From NCBI RefSeq assembly GCF_001194135.2, contig NC_068986.1, forward strand, positions 77,221,637 to 77,285,636: a stretch of 64,000 nt of DNA, written 5' to 3'. Numbering within the stretch: the stretch's first letter is position 1; each line of letters opens with the position of its first letter. Below the pieces are notes generated by a model. It saw only the letters and a list, made by a program, of their open reading frames with translations, was not told where the DNA came from and ran no database searches. Position numbers and translations under genes: made by a program. Of the stretch, positions 52,189 through 63,110 are shown in pieces. The stretch comes from Octopus bimaculoides (Eukaryota).

Positions 52189-52249
52189 CTTTATAAACAG
52201 CTATTACTTATGAAAAAGGAGTATGCCCGTAAGAAAAAGAAACTTGAAG
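52189..52249 (+). CDS. PALB2: PALB2-like exon 2 (coiled coil), 61 nt, apparent +1 frameshift
   Basis: TTCTTGTTGCAG|..|GTAAGC. Removing one T from CTTTATG gives LYKQLLLMKKEYARKKKKLE, aligning with human exon 2 [20 protein letters not shown] (60 nt, recalled). Confidence 0.65.
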
Positions 52250-52899
52250 TAAGCAAGCAGAAAGCTGTTTCTTTTTATTTATATTTTGGCTGATTTTTTT
52301 AAAAAATTGATTTTTAATACATTTATGTTTATGATTATATGATGATGATAGTTTCTTTCTGTCAAAAGATCATAAGAGCAGCACACTTTTAAGTGCCTAT
52401 GTAACCCAATCATTGATGTTGTATTCCTTTTCTTTCTACCTGCACTTAAAGCGAGTCAGTCTATGCAATTTGTTCCCACTCTTTAAACTTGGAGATCTAA
52501 CCACAGTGGTTCAGCAAGCTATGACTGCTGCAGTGACCAGCAAGCTGTAGATTTTACATTGGAGTGTCCTTCTTGGTGAGTTGCCATACAGGGCTAGAAA
52601 GCTTCACATAACCTGGAATTGCTGGAAGAGTGTCAGAGGGCACAGGACTATCTGAAGGATTCTCCACTCCTTGATTTGCTATTGAGGTTAACTCCCTTTT
52701 TCCTTTCCCAAGGCACTCGTAACACAGGGACAATTTGTGTTCAGAGATTTTTTCATAACATGCTAATTATTCTAGAGTTGGGATCCTGGCAGTGCTACTA
52801 CTCCAGGTCGGAATAGACCTGGGAACAATCATGGCTAAAAAGTTGTTCTACATTCATCAAGACCCTGGATACAGTTTAGTCATCCCTATAATTGTTGAA

Positions 52900-53260
52900 A
52901 TCTAATATAATAAATGCAAGAACTAATTTTTGTGTGTCTGTGTGTCGCACTTAGACCCCCCCCCACTATTTAATGACCCTTCTATTCCTCATGATGGGAT
53001 GAGAGTAATAGTAGGCATAGACGGTGAGGGCAGTGGTGAAAACAGATAAAGGAAAAGGAGAGTTGTTTTTTATTAAAAGTAGTATATTGATGGTGGCAGT
53101 GGGAGGAATAATAAAAGAGGAGTGGGTATGTGAGAGAGAGGGAGATGACGTACAACTTTAAGTATGTCTCTTTGACAAAGTCCTGTTGCCAATATACTGA
53201 ACACTATCCTTTTTGTTTTATCTTTTGCTTTCTTTAATACACACACTCACACACTGAAAT
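52900..53260 (+). mobile_element. Possible Helitron-derived non-autonomous fragment
   Basis: TCTAATATAATAAATGCAAG..TGTGTGTCTGTGTGTC start resembles Helitron 5' ends; weak. Confidence 0.3.
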
Positions 53261-54044
53261 AAGTTTCCCCCAAATTAAACATATCTAATATAACAAATGT
53301 GAATTTCAGTGTGTAACACTTTTTCAACATTAATAAATGTTATTGGATCTAAAGGTGCATGTGTGTATATGTGAATATGTGTGTGGGTTTTTTTACACGG
53401 GAGCAGAGGATGGAAGATGAAAAATAAAATTTAATGATATTCATGGATTTCTTTATCAGCAAAAATGTACATGTACTTCTTTCTAATATTTGTGGTTAAT
53501 AGAAAACACTTGGTCCATAAAATGTTTGAATCTATAGTTTAACTAACTTAACAGTTAGGCTAAATAAGACCTTTTGATATTTAAGTACTCAATTTGATTT
53601 TTACTTAAGAGCACTTAACTCTGTTTACGATCACTAATACTCCTAGAAAGACATCATTGCCACAAAATCACATGCTCCCACATCTAAACACGAAAATATT
53701 CACTTGTCAACAAAATATAAACAAGAAACAACTAATTTGTACTAGCTTTAAAGCTGCCTGATAAGGTGGCTTTTAAGCTAGTGGGATATAATTCTTACAA
53801 GAAACCCTTGCTGTGATTCACTTTATCTCTGCTCAAAATACTTGTTTCATCATCATTTAAGGAGTTAGCTTTTTTCTAACTTTTTACATTTTGCATTCAA
53901 ATCCAGCTGGCGTCAATGATGCTTGTCATCCTTTCAAGGCTGATAAAGTACCAGTGAAATACTGGGGTCAATATAAGACTTGCCCCCTCCACTCAAACTG
54001 CTAGCCTTGTGCCAAAATTAAGATTTATTTTTATTATTACAGTG

Positions 54045-55037
54045 AACCTCATTTCGAGGTTCTGCCAGTTTTTGTCAAATACAGTCTCACACTCAAGGCA
54101 GTGTACACAGGTGCATTGTTGTGATGAAATCACCACTCCCCACTTTGCCACTGATTGGGGCGTTTTCATATCACCTCATCTTGCAGACACTTCAGAACTG
54201 CCAAGTAAAATGTCTGGTTAATAGTTTGACCTGAACAAACAAATTCTGTGTGAACAATTCCTTTTGTATTGATAAAACAAATCAGCATTGTCTTGACATT
54301 GGACTTCACTTGACACACTTTTTTGGGGTATGGTGACATTAAGTGTTTCCATTGGCTTGATTGCTGCTTTGTTTCTGGATCGTATCTGTAGCACCAGCTT
54401 TCGTCACCACTGATAACTTTCAAAAAATGGTTCAGATCAACTTCCAACTGTTCTTTCAGTTTGTGACCTGCATTTAGTTGTGAGCAAGCAAGGCACAAAT
54501 TTTGCTGCAACTCTTTTCATTTGAAATTCCTTGCTCAAAATTCATTGGCAGGAGCTCCAAGACACACCAGTCGTATCAACAAGTTTGTCAGTTGTTCAGT
54601 GACAGTCTTCCAAGATGAGTTCATGAATTTTCATGATGTTTTCGTTTATTTAGGAAGTTGATGGTTGTCCTAAACCGGGTTGGTCTTCAAGTGGCCATTC
54701 CTAAAGTGTGAAAACCACTTGTAAGCTTGTTTTGCTCATGACAACATCCTTATAAGCTGTTTGAAGCATGACAACTGTTTTGGCTGCCATTTTCCCCAGC
54801 AGGAAACAGAATTTCATGGAAGCATGCAATCCCTTCCTTTCAGCCATCGCCAAAATTCAACAGGCGAGAATCACTGCCAAACAGATGCACCATGTGGCAG
54901 TATGACGACACATGATGCCACTGGTTGGCAGATTGATGCCTGAAGGTCGCATCAAGTGGCTTCTAGCTGTGGGAGCCTGAACTACAACGGGCTTGTCTCA
55001 TAGAACATTTCCAGTTACTTTTAGGTACCTCTTCATA
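54045..55037 (-). mobile_element. Mariner (DD34D-type) transposase fossil, 3'-truncated
   Basis: VISGDESWCYRYDPETKQQSSQWKH..PKKVCQVKSNVKTMLICF..GQTINQTFYLAVLKCL; TIR-like TATGAAGAGGTACCTAAAAAGTAACTGGAA at 55037. Confidence 0.88.
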
Positions 55038-55255
55038 GTTGATTACATTGATCCCTGTGCTCAATTGGTACTTTATCAAGGATGAAAGGGAAAGTCAACC
55101 TGTTAGGAATTTGGACTCAGAACGTTAAGCTTATAATAATAAAAAATAAAGTAAGAAGGTTCCAGCAATTATTGCATAACCTAGACTTAGTAATGGAATT
55201 CCTTTTGTATTTTAATGATGACTAAAATACTTTTTCTTTTATATTTCTTTTGCAG

Positions 55256-56401
55256 CTTGCGATCCAAGCCAAGAATTCTCAAGAAGTACCATGCAGGGAA
55301 AGAATATCAACACAATTAAAAACACACCCTGCCACCTGTGAAATGGGAAATAAAGAATTCTGTTATAAAAAAGATAAAATTAATAGTTCCCAGGTTGAAA
55401 AGATAAATAATATTTGTGTTTCTGAGGACAGTCTAAAACTTTCATGTAAAACTAAAAAATTACTGAACATTCCTTCCAATTCTATTGAGCAAAAAACTGA
55501 TCCCATTAAAACTGAAATTGCTTCTGATTTCAAAACTAGCTTTCCCTTACCCACAAACTCATTTCAAATGGTTGAAAGTGATTGTCAAACATCTGGGAAT
55601 TCTGATTGTTCATCTGTATCTTTAAATACCTCTAAAATCTTATTAAAAACTAGTAATGACACTCAACATAAATGGAAAACATGTTTATCTAATTCCTTTG
55701 CTTCTGGTGAATCTACAAAGAAAATGACTCCCAATGAAACTAGTGAAACAATGGAACCACAAATAACCATTTCTACAAATGTAAGGGAAAGTTCTGATTT
55801 AGTATGTTCCTCAAAACGAGTTAATGAAGAAAGATTGGCAGTTCCTTTATTACAAGAATCATCACATATTGAAAAACAAAATGATTTCAAACATAATCAA
55901 CTTGAAATCGATAACAGTTTAAAACGTTCTAATGAAAATCCTTTTGACTCCAACCATATTTCAAAATCTGATGAGGAACTAATTTCAAGTGAAGCATTGC
56001 GTTGTGCTATGGTCAATATTCCACTTAAGTGTCAGGAAGTAAGTAGTAGTTTACAGACTGGTGATGACTGCATAAAGAATCAAACAGCTTTATTGAATCG
56101 GAAAGAGGTAAATAATGATACAGATTCCCTCCAGATAATTAACTCTTCAGCTTCTCTCTTCAACTCAGATCAGAAAATTTCATCCCAGTCTTTGCAATGT
56201 TGTCACTTAAATCAAAGTAGTAAGAATCAGCCTATTGAAATAATGGGTAGTTTATCTTCAGATCATACTAAAAACTCTGATGCTAAAGAAAAGCAAACTG
56301 AGATTCTGGATAAACTAGTTGTAAGACAGTTTCAAAAAGATCCTTTTTCTGTATGTGATTTTCAAACAATCTGTGATTTAAAATTAACAAGAACTGAAAA
56401 G
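55256..56401 (+). CDS. PALB2: PALB2-like exon 3 (1146 nt, low-complexity linker)
   Basis: Strong acceptor TTTCTTTTGCAG; 382 open codons in AT-rich DNA; phase 0/0; donor AAG|GTAAAT; FPLPTNSF at 55541-55564; ends CDLKLTRTEK (human ..GNLQLVSELK before the WD40, recalled). Confidence 0.8.
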
Positions 56402-57025
56402 GTAAATATATTTTTATTGCATGTATTATTTTCCCCTAAAATACACACATGATTATATACCAACTGAAACTTCAAAATGTTTGTAGCTCTCTTTCAAAAA
56501 CTTAATATCAAGTTTAAAAGATTCTTGTTTAGCCCTGACCAAGCAGATCTATCATCAAAAGGATTCCAGCCATGACTGTCCCCATTGCTCTTTGTATTGA
56601 GATAGTAGTGTAAAATTTGGCTGCTAACAAGTTGTGTGACAACGTAGAGCTTCCTCATTGACTCGATATGGAAATATAATGCCATAATTGTGGAATACAA
56701 TTTCTTTTTAATAAAATGATGACTTAGTTCATTTGTTGAGAAAATATCTCAATTGGTGTATTGGTTCCTTGAAATGTTTCAAATCATATTTTATCCTATC
56801 AAATACAATGTAAAGCTTTCTTACTTTAACTGCAGTTTAGTTCTGTACAAAGCCATTAATTAGTTTAGTAGTCACTTTTCATTATCAGTCAAAAGTAGTG
56901 TTTGAAGCATGATTACAATTATAAACTCCATTTAAAAAAAAAGAAACCTGGATATTTTCATTTCATAAAAAGCATGTTTCTTTTAAGATGTGTATGTTGA
57001 TTTTCATATTGTTTCACTTTTACAG

Positions 57026-57205
57026 ATTCCTGATAACAATGAAGTTGTCAGTCTTTTGAACACAAGTTGTAGTGTTTCCATTCATAGAGACTTTACTGTA
57101 TGTGAGAATTATTTAGTGGGTGTCACCAAATCGGAAATTCTATTCTGGACATATACTAAAAATGAAGACTGGCACATAATTTATCAGTGGAAAGTTTCTG
57201 ATTAT
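57026..57205 (+). CDS. PALB2: PALB2-like exon 4 (WD40 blade 1)
   Basis: TTTTACAG| IPDNNEVVSLLNTSCSVSIHRDFTVCENYLVGVTKSEILFWTYTKNEDWHIIYQWKVSDY |GTAAGT; W/W/Y-x-W spacing matches human [35 protein letters not shown]| (recalled), same phase-0 end. Confidence 0.78.
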
Positions 57206-57599
57206 GTAAGTGTTATTTTTATTAAGTTTAAGAAGCTGGAAGAGAAGTCTTTCAGTTTACACAGGTTTGCCTTTAAAATGACATATTTATTTTCTGAAAC
57301 ATTATCATTGACTTGCTGTAATACTTTCATTCACTTTTAAAGTATCTGTAATGCAAGGTTATTTAAATATAAGGGAAATATTTCGAAATATGTCTCATTA
57401 TCATAGGCAGTCTGTTGGTGGTTGATGATTATTTGCCATGTGAAATATCACTAGTTGTATTAAAAGGAAATTGTTCTCTCCTGGTCTCTGTCCTCAGCTG
57501 CAGATATTAATGTTCAATCTCTTTGTGTTATATTTATCCACTTGCTTCTTAGTCAGTGGTTGGTTGGGTGTAGCCCAATTTACTCCTTTCTTTCTATGA

Positions 57600-57795
57600 T
57601 ACTGGTTGTTCAAAGATCAACTATATTGATGTTATATATTTCCAGCTCCGATGCCATAAGTGTAGTATGCTCCTCTAATGTTCTAACATAACATTGAGCT
57701 ATATAAAGGTTTGATGTCTTGCATCCAAGTGAATTTTTTTGCTGTTGTTCAGAGCAGGAGACAGCTGGTGAAATCCTTGTTAACCGAGGTTGCAA
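57600..57795 (-). mobile_element. RTE/BovB-like endonuclease N-terminal fragment
   Basis: IAQCYVRTLEEHTTLMASELEIYNINIVDL resembles IATWNVRTL..ALVARELARYNIDIAAL. Confidence 0.55.
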
Positions 57796-57847
57796 TAGAT
57801 CTAATATACTTTTGACTTATCGGCATTATTTCATAGGATTCCTTTAA

Positions 57848-58066
57848 CCCATTTGATATCAACCTGCCTGAAATTGCCTCTGACTCTGTAGTACAAATGT
57901 CTTGTTTTCAAAAGTTTTGAATTAAAATCTTCCATTAAACCTTAGTTACAATTTATGTTCCTAACACTAGCTTAATGATAACTAAGTTATTTTACTAAAT
58001 TTGTTATATTTAAAATTAATTGAAAGAAACTTAGAGCATCTCAACAGAAATATGGTAACAAAAAGG
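57848..58066. mobile_element. piggyBac-type MITE, 219 bp
   Basis: TTAA (57844-57847)|CCCATTTGATATC..GGTAACAAAAAGG|TTAA (58067-58070). Confidence 0.7.
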
Positions 58067-58654
58067 TTAAGTACTAGTTTCTTTTGCAATTAGTAGCAAT
58101 GCTTTCTCAGCTATAGTATACAAAACTGACAAGGATAGGCCAAGTCATTGATTCTACAACCACTAGTGATGGGCTAGTAGATACATGGTGACACAGCTGT
58201 TGACTCGCCTGAATTCATTTGTTCCCTTTTGACAAGTTTTGATTTTTATCCTGCAGGGTGTCCCAAAACCACCCTCCTACCAAGCAAGCATGATGGGGCT
58301 GCCAGTTTTTTCCTCAACAGTTTGACTATACACATTGTATTGGCTTGCAGGAAACATATCTAATAGCCTATTAAAACAAATATTTTTAGAAAGTTTTGGT
58401 ATTCAAAATGCTATTAAGATTGAGTGGTAAGAAATCTGTTGTGATGTAAGTACAGTTTGCTGCATCAAACAACTTAATACATGTTCTATTAGAAATTTTT
58501 TTAAATTCAGTATTTTTATATAGTACTTATTGATTCATTTATATGTAATTGGGTAGTAATTCAAGACCAATTCCCATTTAATTTTATATTGTATTTTGAG
58601 TTAAATGGTATTGCAAACTTATCACTTTCCATCAAGAAACTTCCTTTTCATTGT

Positions 58655-58850
58655 CCTTTAACGTCTGTTTTCCATGCTGGTATGGGTTGGACGGTTTGAC
58701 CAGAACTGGAAAGCTGCACCAGGTTCCAGTCTTATTTGGTTAGGTTTCTATGGCTGATGCCCTTCCTAATGCCAACCACTTTACAATCTGTGCTAGGTGT
58801 TTTTAACATGACAGCACTTAGACGTGGCACCAGCACGAATGCTGGCACAG
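58655..58850 (-). mobile_element. RTE 3'-tail / SINE tail fragment
   Basis: TTTAACGTCTGTTTTCCATGCTGGTATGGGTTGGACG..GCCCTTCCTAATGCCAACCAC. Confidence 0.7.
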
Positions 58851-59112
58851 GACTCTAGTAGGCCAATCCTCTTCACAAGGGGGAGCAGCCCTAACACTTC
58901 TGCTGTGGAGGATAGGTCCTGAGTACAGCAAAGTGACGGTATCTTGGTCCTTTGTCATCTTGTCTGGTGGTTTGTTAATCCATAAAAGTACATACTAATC
59001 CTTGAAATAAGATATTCTGATAGTTTTGTTTTTTACGGAGAAGTCATATCACAGAGTAAGTAAATGTTGGTTTTTAAATTCATGTTTTAGGGATTGTATC
59101 TCTTCACACAAA

Positions 59113-62100
59113 ATGAGTAGTGCAAGTAAAAAAAAAAGTTTGTCAATATTCAGAGGCATATTTAAAATTTGGATTTATACCCGCTATCCATGATAAACGG
59201 TCACCTTTCTGCCTCTTATGCTAACAATGCTTGACCAACGAATCAGTGAAACCAAATCGTCTTGAGTTGCATTTGAAGACAAAACATAGTGCGTATGTAA
59301 ATTCAGTTTTGAATTAGTCTTTGAAGAAGTTTGCAAAAAGAACAACTGTAATGTCTCTGTTTACTACACAAACTGGTGTTAACACCTGTTGTACTCTTGA
59401 GGCTAGTTATGAAATTTCATTACTCATTGCTAAATGTGGAAAAAATCATACTATTGGAGAGGATTTAATTAAACCATCAATATCAGCATTTTTTAAAACA
59501 GTCCTGGAAAAAGATAAGTTGTTCAAGCCATGCTACTCGGTAACAATACTGTTAGAAGAATAGATGAAATGAGTGAAGATATTGAAGTACAACTTATGGA
59601 AAAGCTGAAATCAAAAAAATTCTCATTACAAATGGATGAGTCAACTCTGAGACAGCGAGGTCGTATTGCTAACCTATGCAAAATATATTGATAAAGGTGA
59701 ATTTGCTGGAGAAATCATATTCTGCGAATCATTAACAAATATCTTTGAAAAACTGAATATGTTAAATAAACAACTTCAAGGATCAAATAAAACTCTTATT
59801 GATGCTAAGATGAAGATATTTGGCTTTGTTACATTCATTGAGTTATGTCAAAAGAATATTTTTGCCAAAATTTTTAACCAGTTTCATTGGCTAAAAAAAA
59901 TGTGTGGTGACCGATACTGCTGTACTTGTCATTGTGGATCATATGAAAATATTGGCCTCTGATTCGAAAGAAAAATTTTCTGATTTAAAACAAATTGATT
60001 TTCCAACTTGGGTGCTGCTGCCAATGCTAGTGGATATATGATGTTTCGATACAGTACCAAGAAGAACTCTCGGAAATGCAAAATGATGAGGCAGTGAAAA
60101 CTTTATTCAATATAAAAGGAGTGATGTCATGGCTTTGTGATGAGACAAGAACTAAATGCCCAAATTCAACCAACTTTGCAAAAAAATTGTTGTTACCGTT
60201 CCCATCTTCATATTTAGCTGAATGTGGCTTTAGTGCTGTAAATGATTTGTTATTGAAGAAAAAAAAAATCAACTGGATATCACTAAATGAGAAGACTTGA
60301 GACTAAAGCTGACTAAATTGGTGCCTAATCTAAAATCTCTCTGTAGCAGGCATGAAGCACAAGGATCTCCCTAACTTTAGTATACTTATTTTATATATCT
60401 GCATTTCAGTTTTCTTGCTCGACACTGTTCTGTTTGGTATTATGATAGCGTACTTTGTCGTCGGCCCGACTGGATGAGTGACTGAACTGTGTGCCTCACC
60501 AACTGCCCCACTCATTATGTCTGTTAACTATTTATTTGTAGTGAAACAGCCCACTTCTCTGGCTTGGAGGTGTCCTCCACAACACCTCCAACTTGAGATT
60601 TTTTTCTACACAGTATATTTTTTTTCTCCCTCTATCACATAGAACAAAATCTTTTTTCAATCTCTTATCACAGAGAAATTTCATACAGTTCTTCGATATA
60701 CACCTGTCAACAATTATTTTTTTTCAACCCTATCTATTACACAGAACAAAATCCTTTTTTTAATTTCTAATCACAGAAGCATTAAATTATTACATAGTTC
60801 TCTGACACACATCCATTGGCAATTATTATTATTCTTATTTTTCAACTCTATTACACATTCAAACCACGCTATTCGGATATATTCCACATACTAACACATG
60901 AGCTACCTGACTGAATTCCTTCATCAGACTTGTATTATTATGAAAGAAATATGTAATCAATCTGCCCATTTTCAGTTCCACAAATACACAATGTTTTGTT
61001 CTGGTCAAATGATTCTCTTTAATTTCACTTTGTCACAGTATTTCTTTGCTATTTTTACTTTTCTTTTTTCAAAGGAGTTTGCTGTTATTTCTGCACTCCT
61101 ATTTTTTGTAACTTTCAAAGCTAAACGCAAAACAACAAAAAATGAATACTTTAATTTCACATAAATTACTTAGTCATATTACTGCAGGAAATTACTCTGA
61201 AAGAAATTTTTGCAGAAAGGTGAATAGATTGATTACATATTTCTTTCGTTATGTTATCGCAGTTTTGTGAGATTTGGCTGTTATTTCTAGCATATGGATA
61301 GCCTGCTTGAAGGGCAAGGACGTAGAATTGGGAGGAGAGGGTGTTAGGNNNNNNNNNNNNNNNNNNNNNNNNNNNNNNNNNNNNNNNNNNNNNNNNNNNN
61401 NNNNNNNNNNNNNNNNNNNNNNNNNNNNNNNNNNNNNNNNNNNNNNNNNNNNNNNNNNNNNNNNNNNNNNNNNNNNNNNNNNNNNNNNNNNNNNNNNNNN
61501 NNNNNNNNNNNNNNNNNNNNNNNNNNNNNNNNNNNNNNNNNNNNNNNNNNNNNNNNNNNNNNNNNNNNNNNNNNNNNNNNNNNNNNNNNNNNNNNNNNNN
61601 NNNNNNNNNNNNNNNNNNNNNNNNNNNNNNNNNNNNNNNNNNNNNNNNNNNNNNNNNNNNNNNNNNNNNNNNNNNNNNNNNNNNNNTCTAAGTTATGGGT
61701 GAAAACCTCGGATCTTGTGAATTTTCCAAAGTCCTTTCCCCACCCCTTCGGAAAAGATTTTCCCCTCAAATTTCTTTATTACTGTAACGTTTGTTGTTTG
61801 AAAGGCATTTATATGAAATTTCATTAAAAAACCATTTTCCTAAAAGTTTTGAGAGAAAAACTTGGATCTTGTAAATTTTCTGAAGTCCTCTCCCCACCGC
61901 CCCTATTACTTCCTGCGCATTTTTGTTTTCATATTCGTTTCCTACACATTTTTTACACCCGTTGCACTATTTTTTTTTTTTTTTTCGTTTCTGGGTAATA
62001 TTGTAAACATTTCTCTTTAATTTTTAATTCATCACCAAATTTTTCCTTGTATTCTGCGGTCATTGTTGTATCCTGCATATTTTTGAATTCTTGTCACCAA

Positions 62101-62672
62101 ATTTCTTCTTGTATCCTGCGATCATTGTTGTATCCTGCGTATCTTCGAAGACTCATCGCCACTGTTGTGTCTTGCGTGTTTTTGAATTCTTGTCACCACT
62201 TTTACAAAGTGTTATGATTTTAAATATTTTCCCCTACATGTTGTTTAAATCCTTGTCGCCACTGTTGTCTTGCTTGACCCTGTTCTGTGTGGTATTATGA
62301 CGACTTATTTCGTTGTTGGCCTGACTGGCCCAAACTGTGAGTGGCCAAACGGCGTGCCTCGCCGACTGCCCCACTCATTATGTCTGTCAACAATTTAATT
62401 GTAGTGGAACCGCCCACTTCTCTGGCTCGGGGCTGTCCTCCACAACAATGTTTTTGAAATTATGTTTAACTGCCCTTTTGTGTTTTTTATTTTTCTCTTT
62501 CATCAGTGCTATGTTCTTTGGATGCTTGTTTAGAGACCAAATTAATAGCTTTTTAAGCTTCCTCCAAGTGAATCATCATCGTAGTAAAATTTTGAATAGC
62601 AAAAATTAGATATCACAAGCATCAGGATTTTAGAAATGTTTCGATGGGGCATGGCCAAAAATCGGTTTAACC
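59113..62672 (+). mobile_element. hAT (Buster-type) transposase fossil, internally deleted, with an LTR element nested in its 3' UTR
   Basis: MSSASKKK..YLKFGF..SPFCLLC..KPNRLELHLKTKH, EASYEISLLIAKCGKNHTIGEDLIKP, FSLQMDESTL, FPSSYLAECGFSAV (59113-60373); hAT-like right end GGGGCATGGCCAAAAATCGGTTTAACCTTAG at ~62645-62675. Confidence 0.8.
60408..62447 (-). mobile_element. Non-autonomous LTR retroelement (TRIM/LARD-like) with PBS-like array
   Basis: Direct repeats 62263-62447 (TGTTG..CAACA) and 60408-60584, roughly 80% identical by eye; PBS TGGCGACAAGGAT 1 nt inside the 5' LTR (62249-62261); purine-rich AAGTTGGAGG before the 3' LTR; no coding signal in the visible interior (61349-61686 is N). 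Confidence 0.75.
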
Positions 62673-62937
62673 TTAGAAGAATGACAGGTAGTCCTCAGTT
62701 TTGCACAAGGCTACCAATTTTTTAGGGTGTTGTTGGTGAATCAATTCACTTTACTGGTACTTTTTGGGGACCTGGAAGGATGAATAACAGTCAGCCCTGA
62801 TGGATTTGAAATTAGAACATAGAAAAAGGCATAACTAAATATTGTATAGTGTTTAATCCAGCACTTCACCATTTCTCCCATTCCATTTGCTTTTTCATTT
62901 TATTTAGTTATTACTGAAAAACCTCTTCTGTTTTCAG

Positions 62938-63110
62938 CTTGAGGAATGTTCCACTGCAAGTCTTCATCCTTATGAAAGTGCTGTGTGTGTTGCTGTTCTA
63001 GGGTTGAAGGCTCAAATGCATCACAGTCTAATACTTTCTACATTCCAAGGCCTCAGTAAAAGAAGCATATCTGTAGTAGTTACATCTGTTGTCTCCCTTC
63101 CAACCAATCA
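62938..63110 (+). CDS. PALB2: PALB2-like exon 5 (WD40, gene continues beyond window)
   Basis: CTTCTGTTTTCAG| LEECSTASLHPYESAVCVAVLGLKAQMHHSLILSTFQGLSKRSISVVVTSVVSLPTN |GTATGT; 173 nt, phase 0 to 2; VCVAVLG vs human VCVALG (recalled). Not in the ORF track. Confidence 0.72.

Noticed and set aside
62026-62267. Calling the repeat-spacer array a CRISPR array
   Set aside because: Eukaryotic context, no cas genes, degenerate 12-14 nt repeats that match a tRNA PBS, and partly self-similar spacers.
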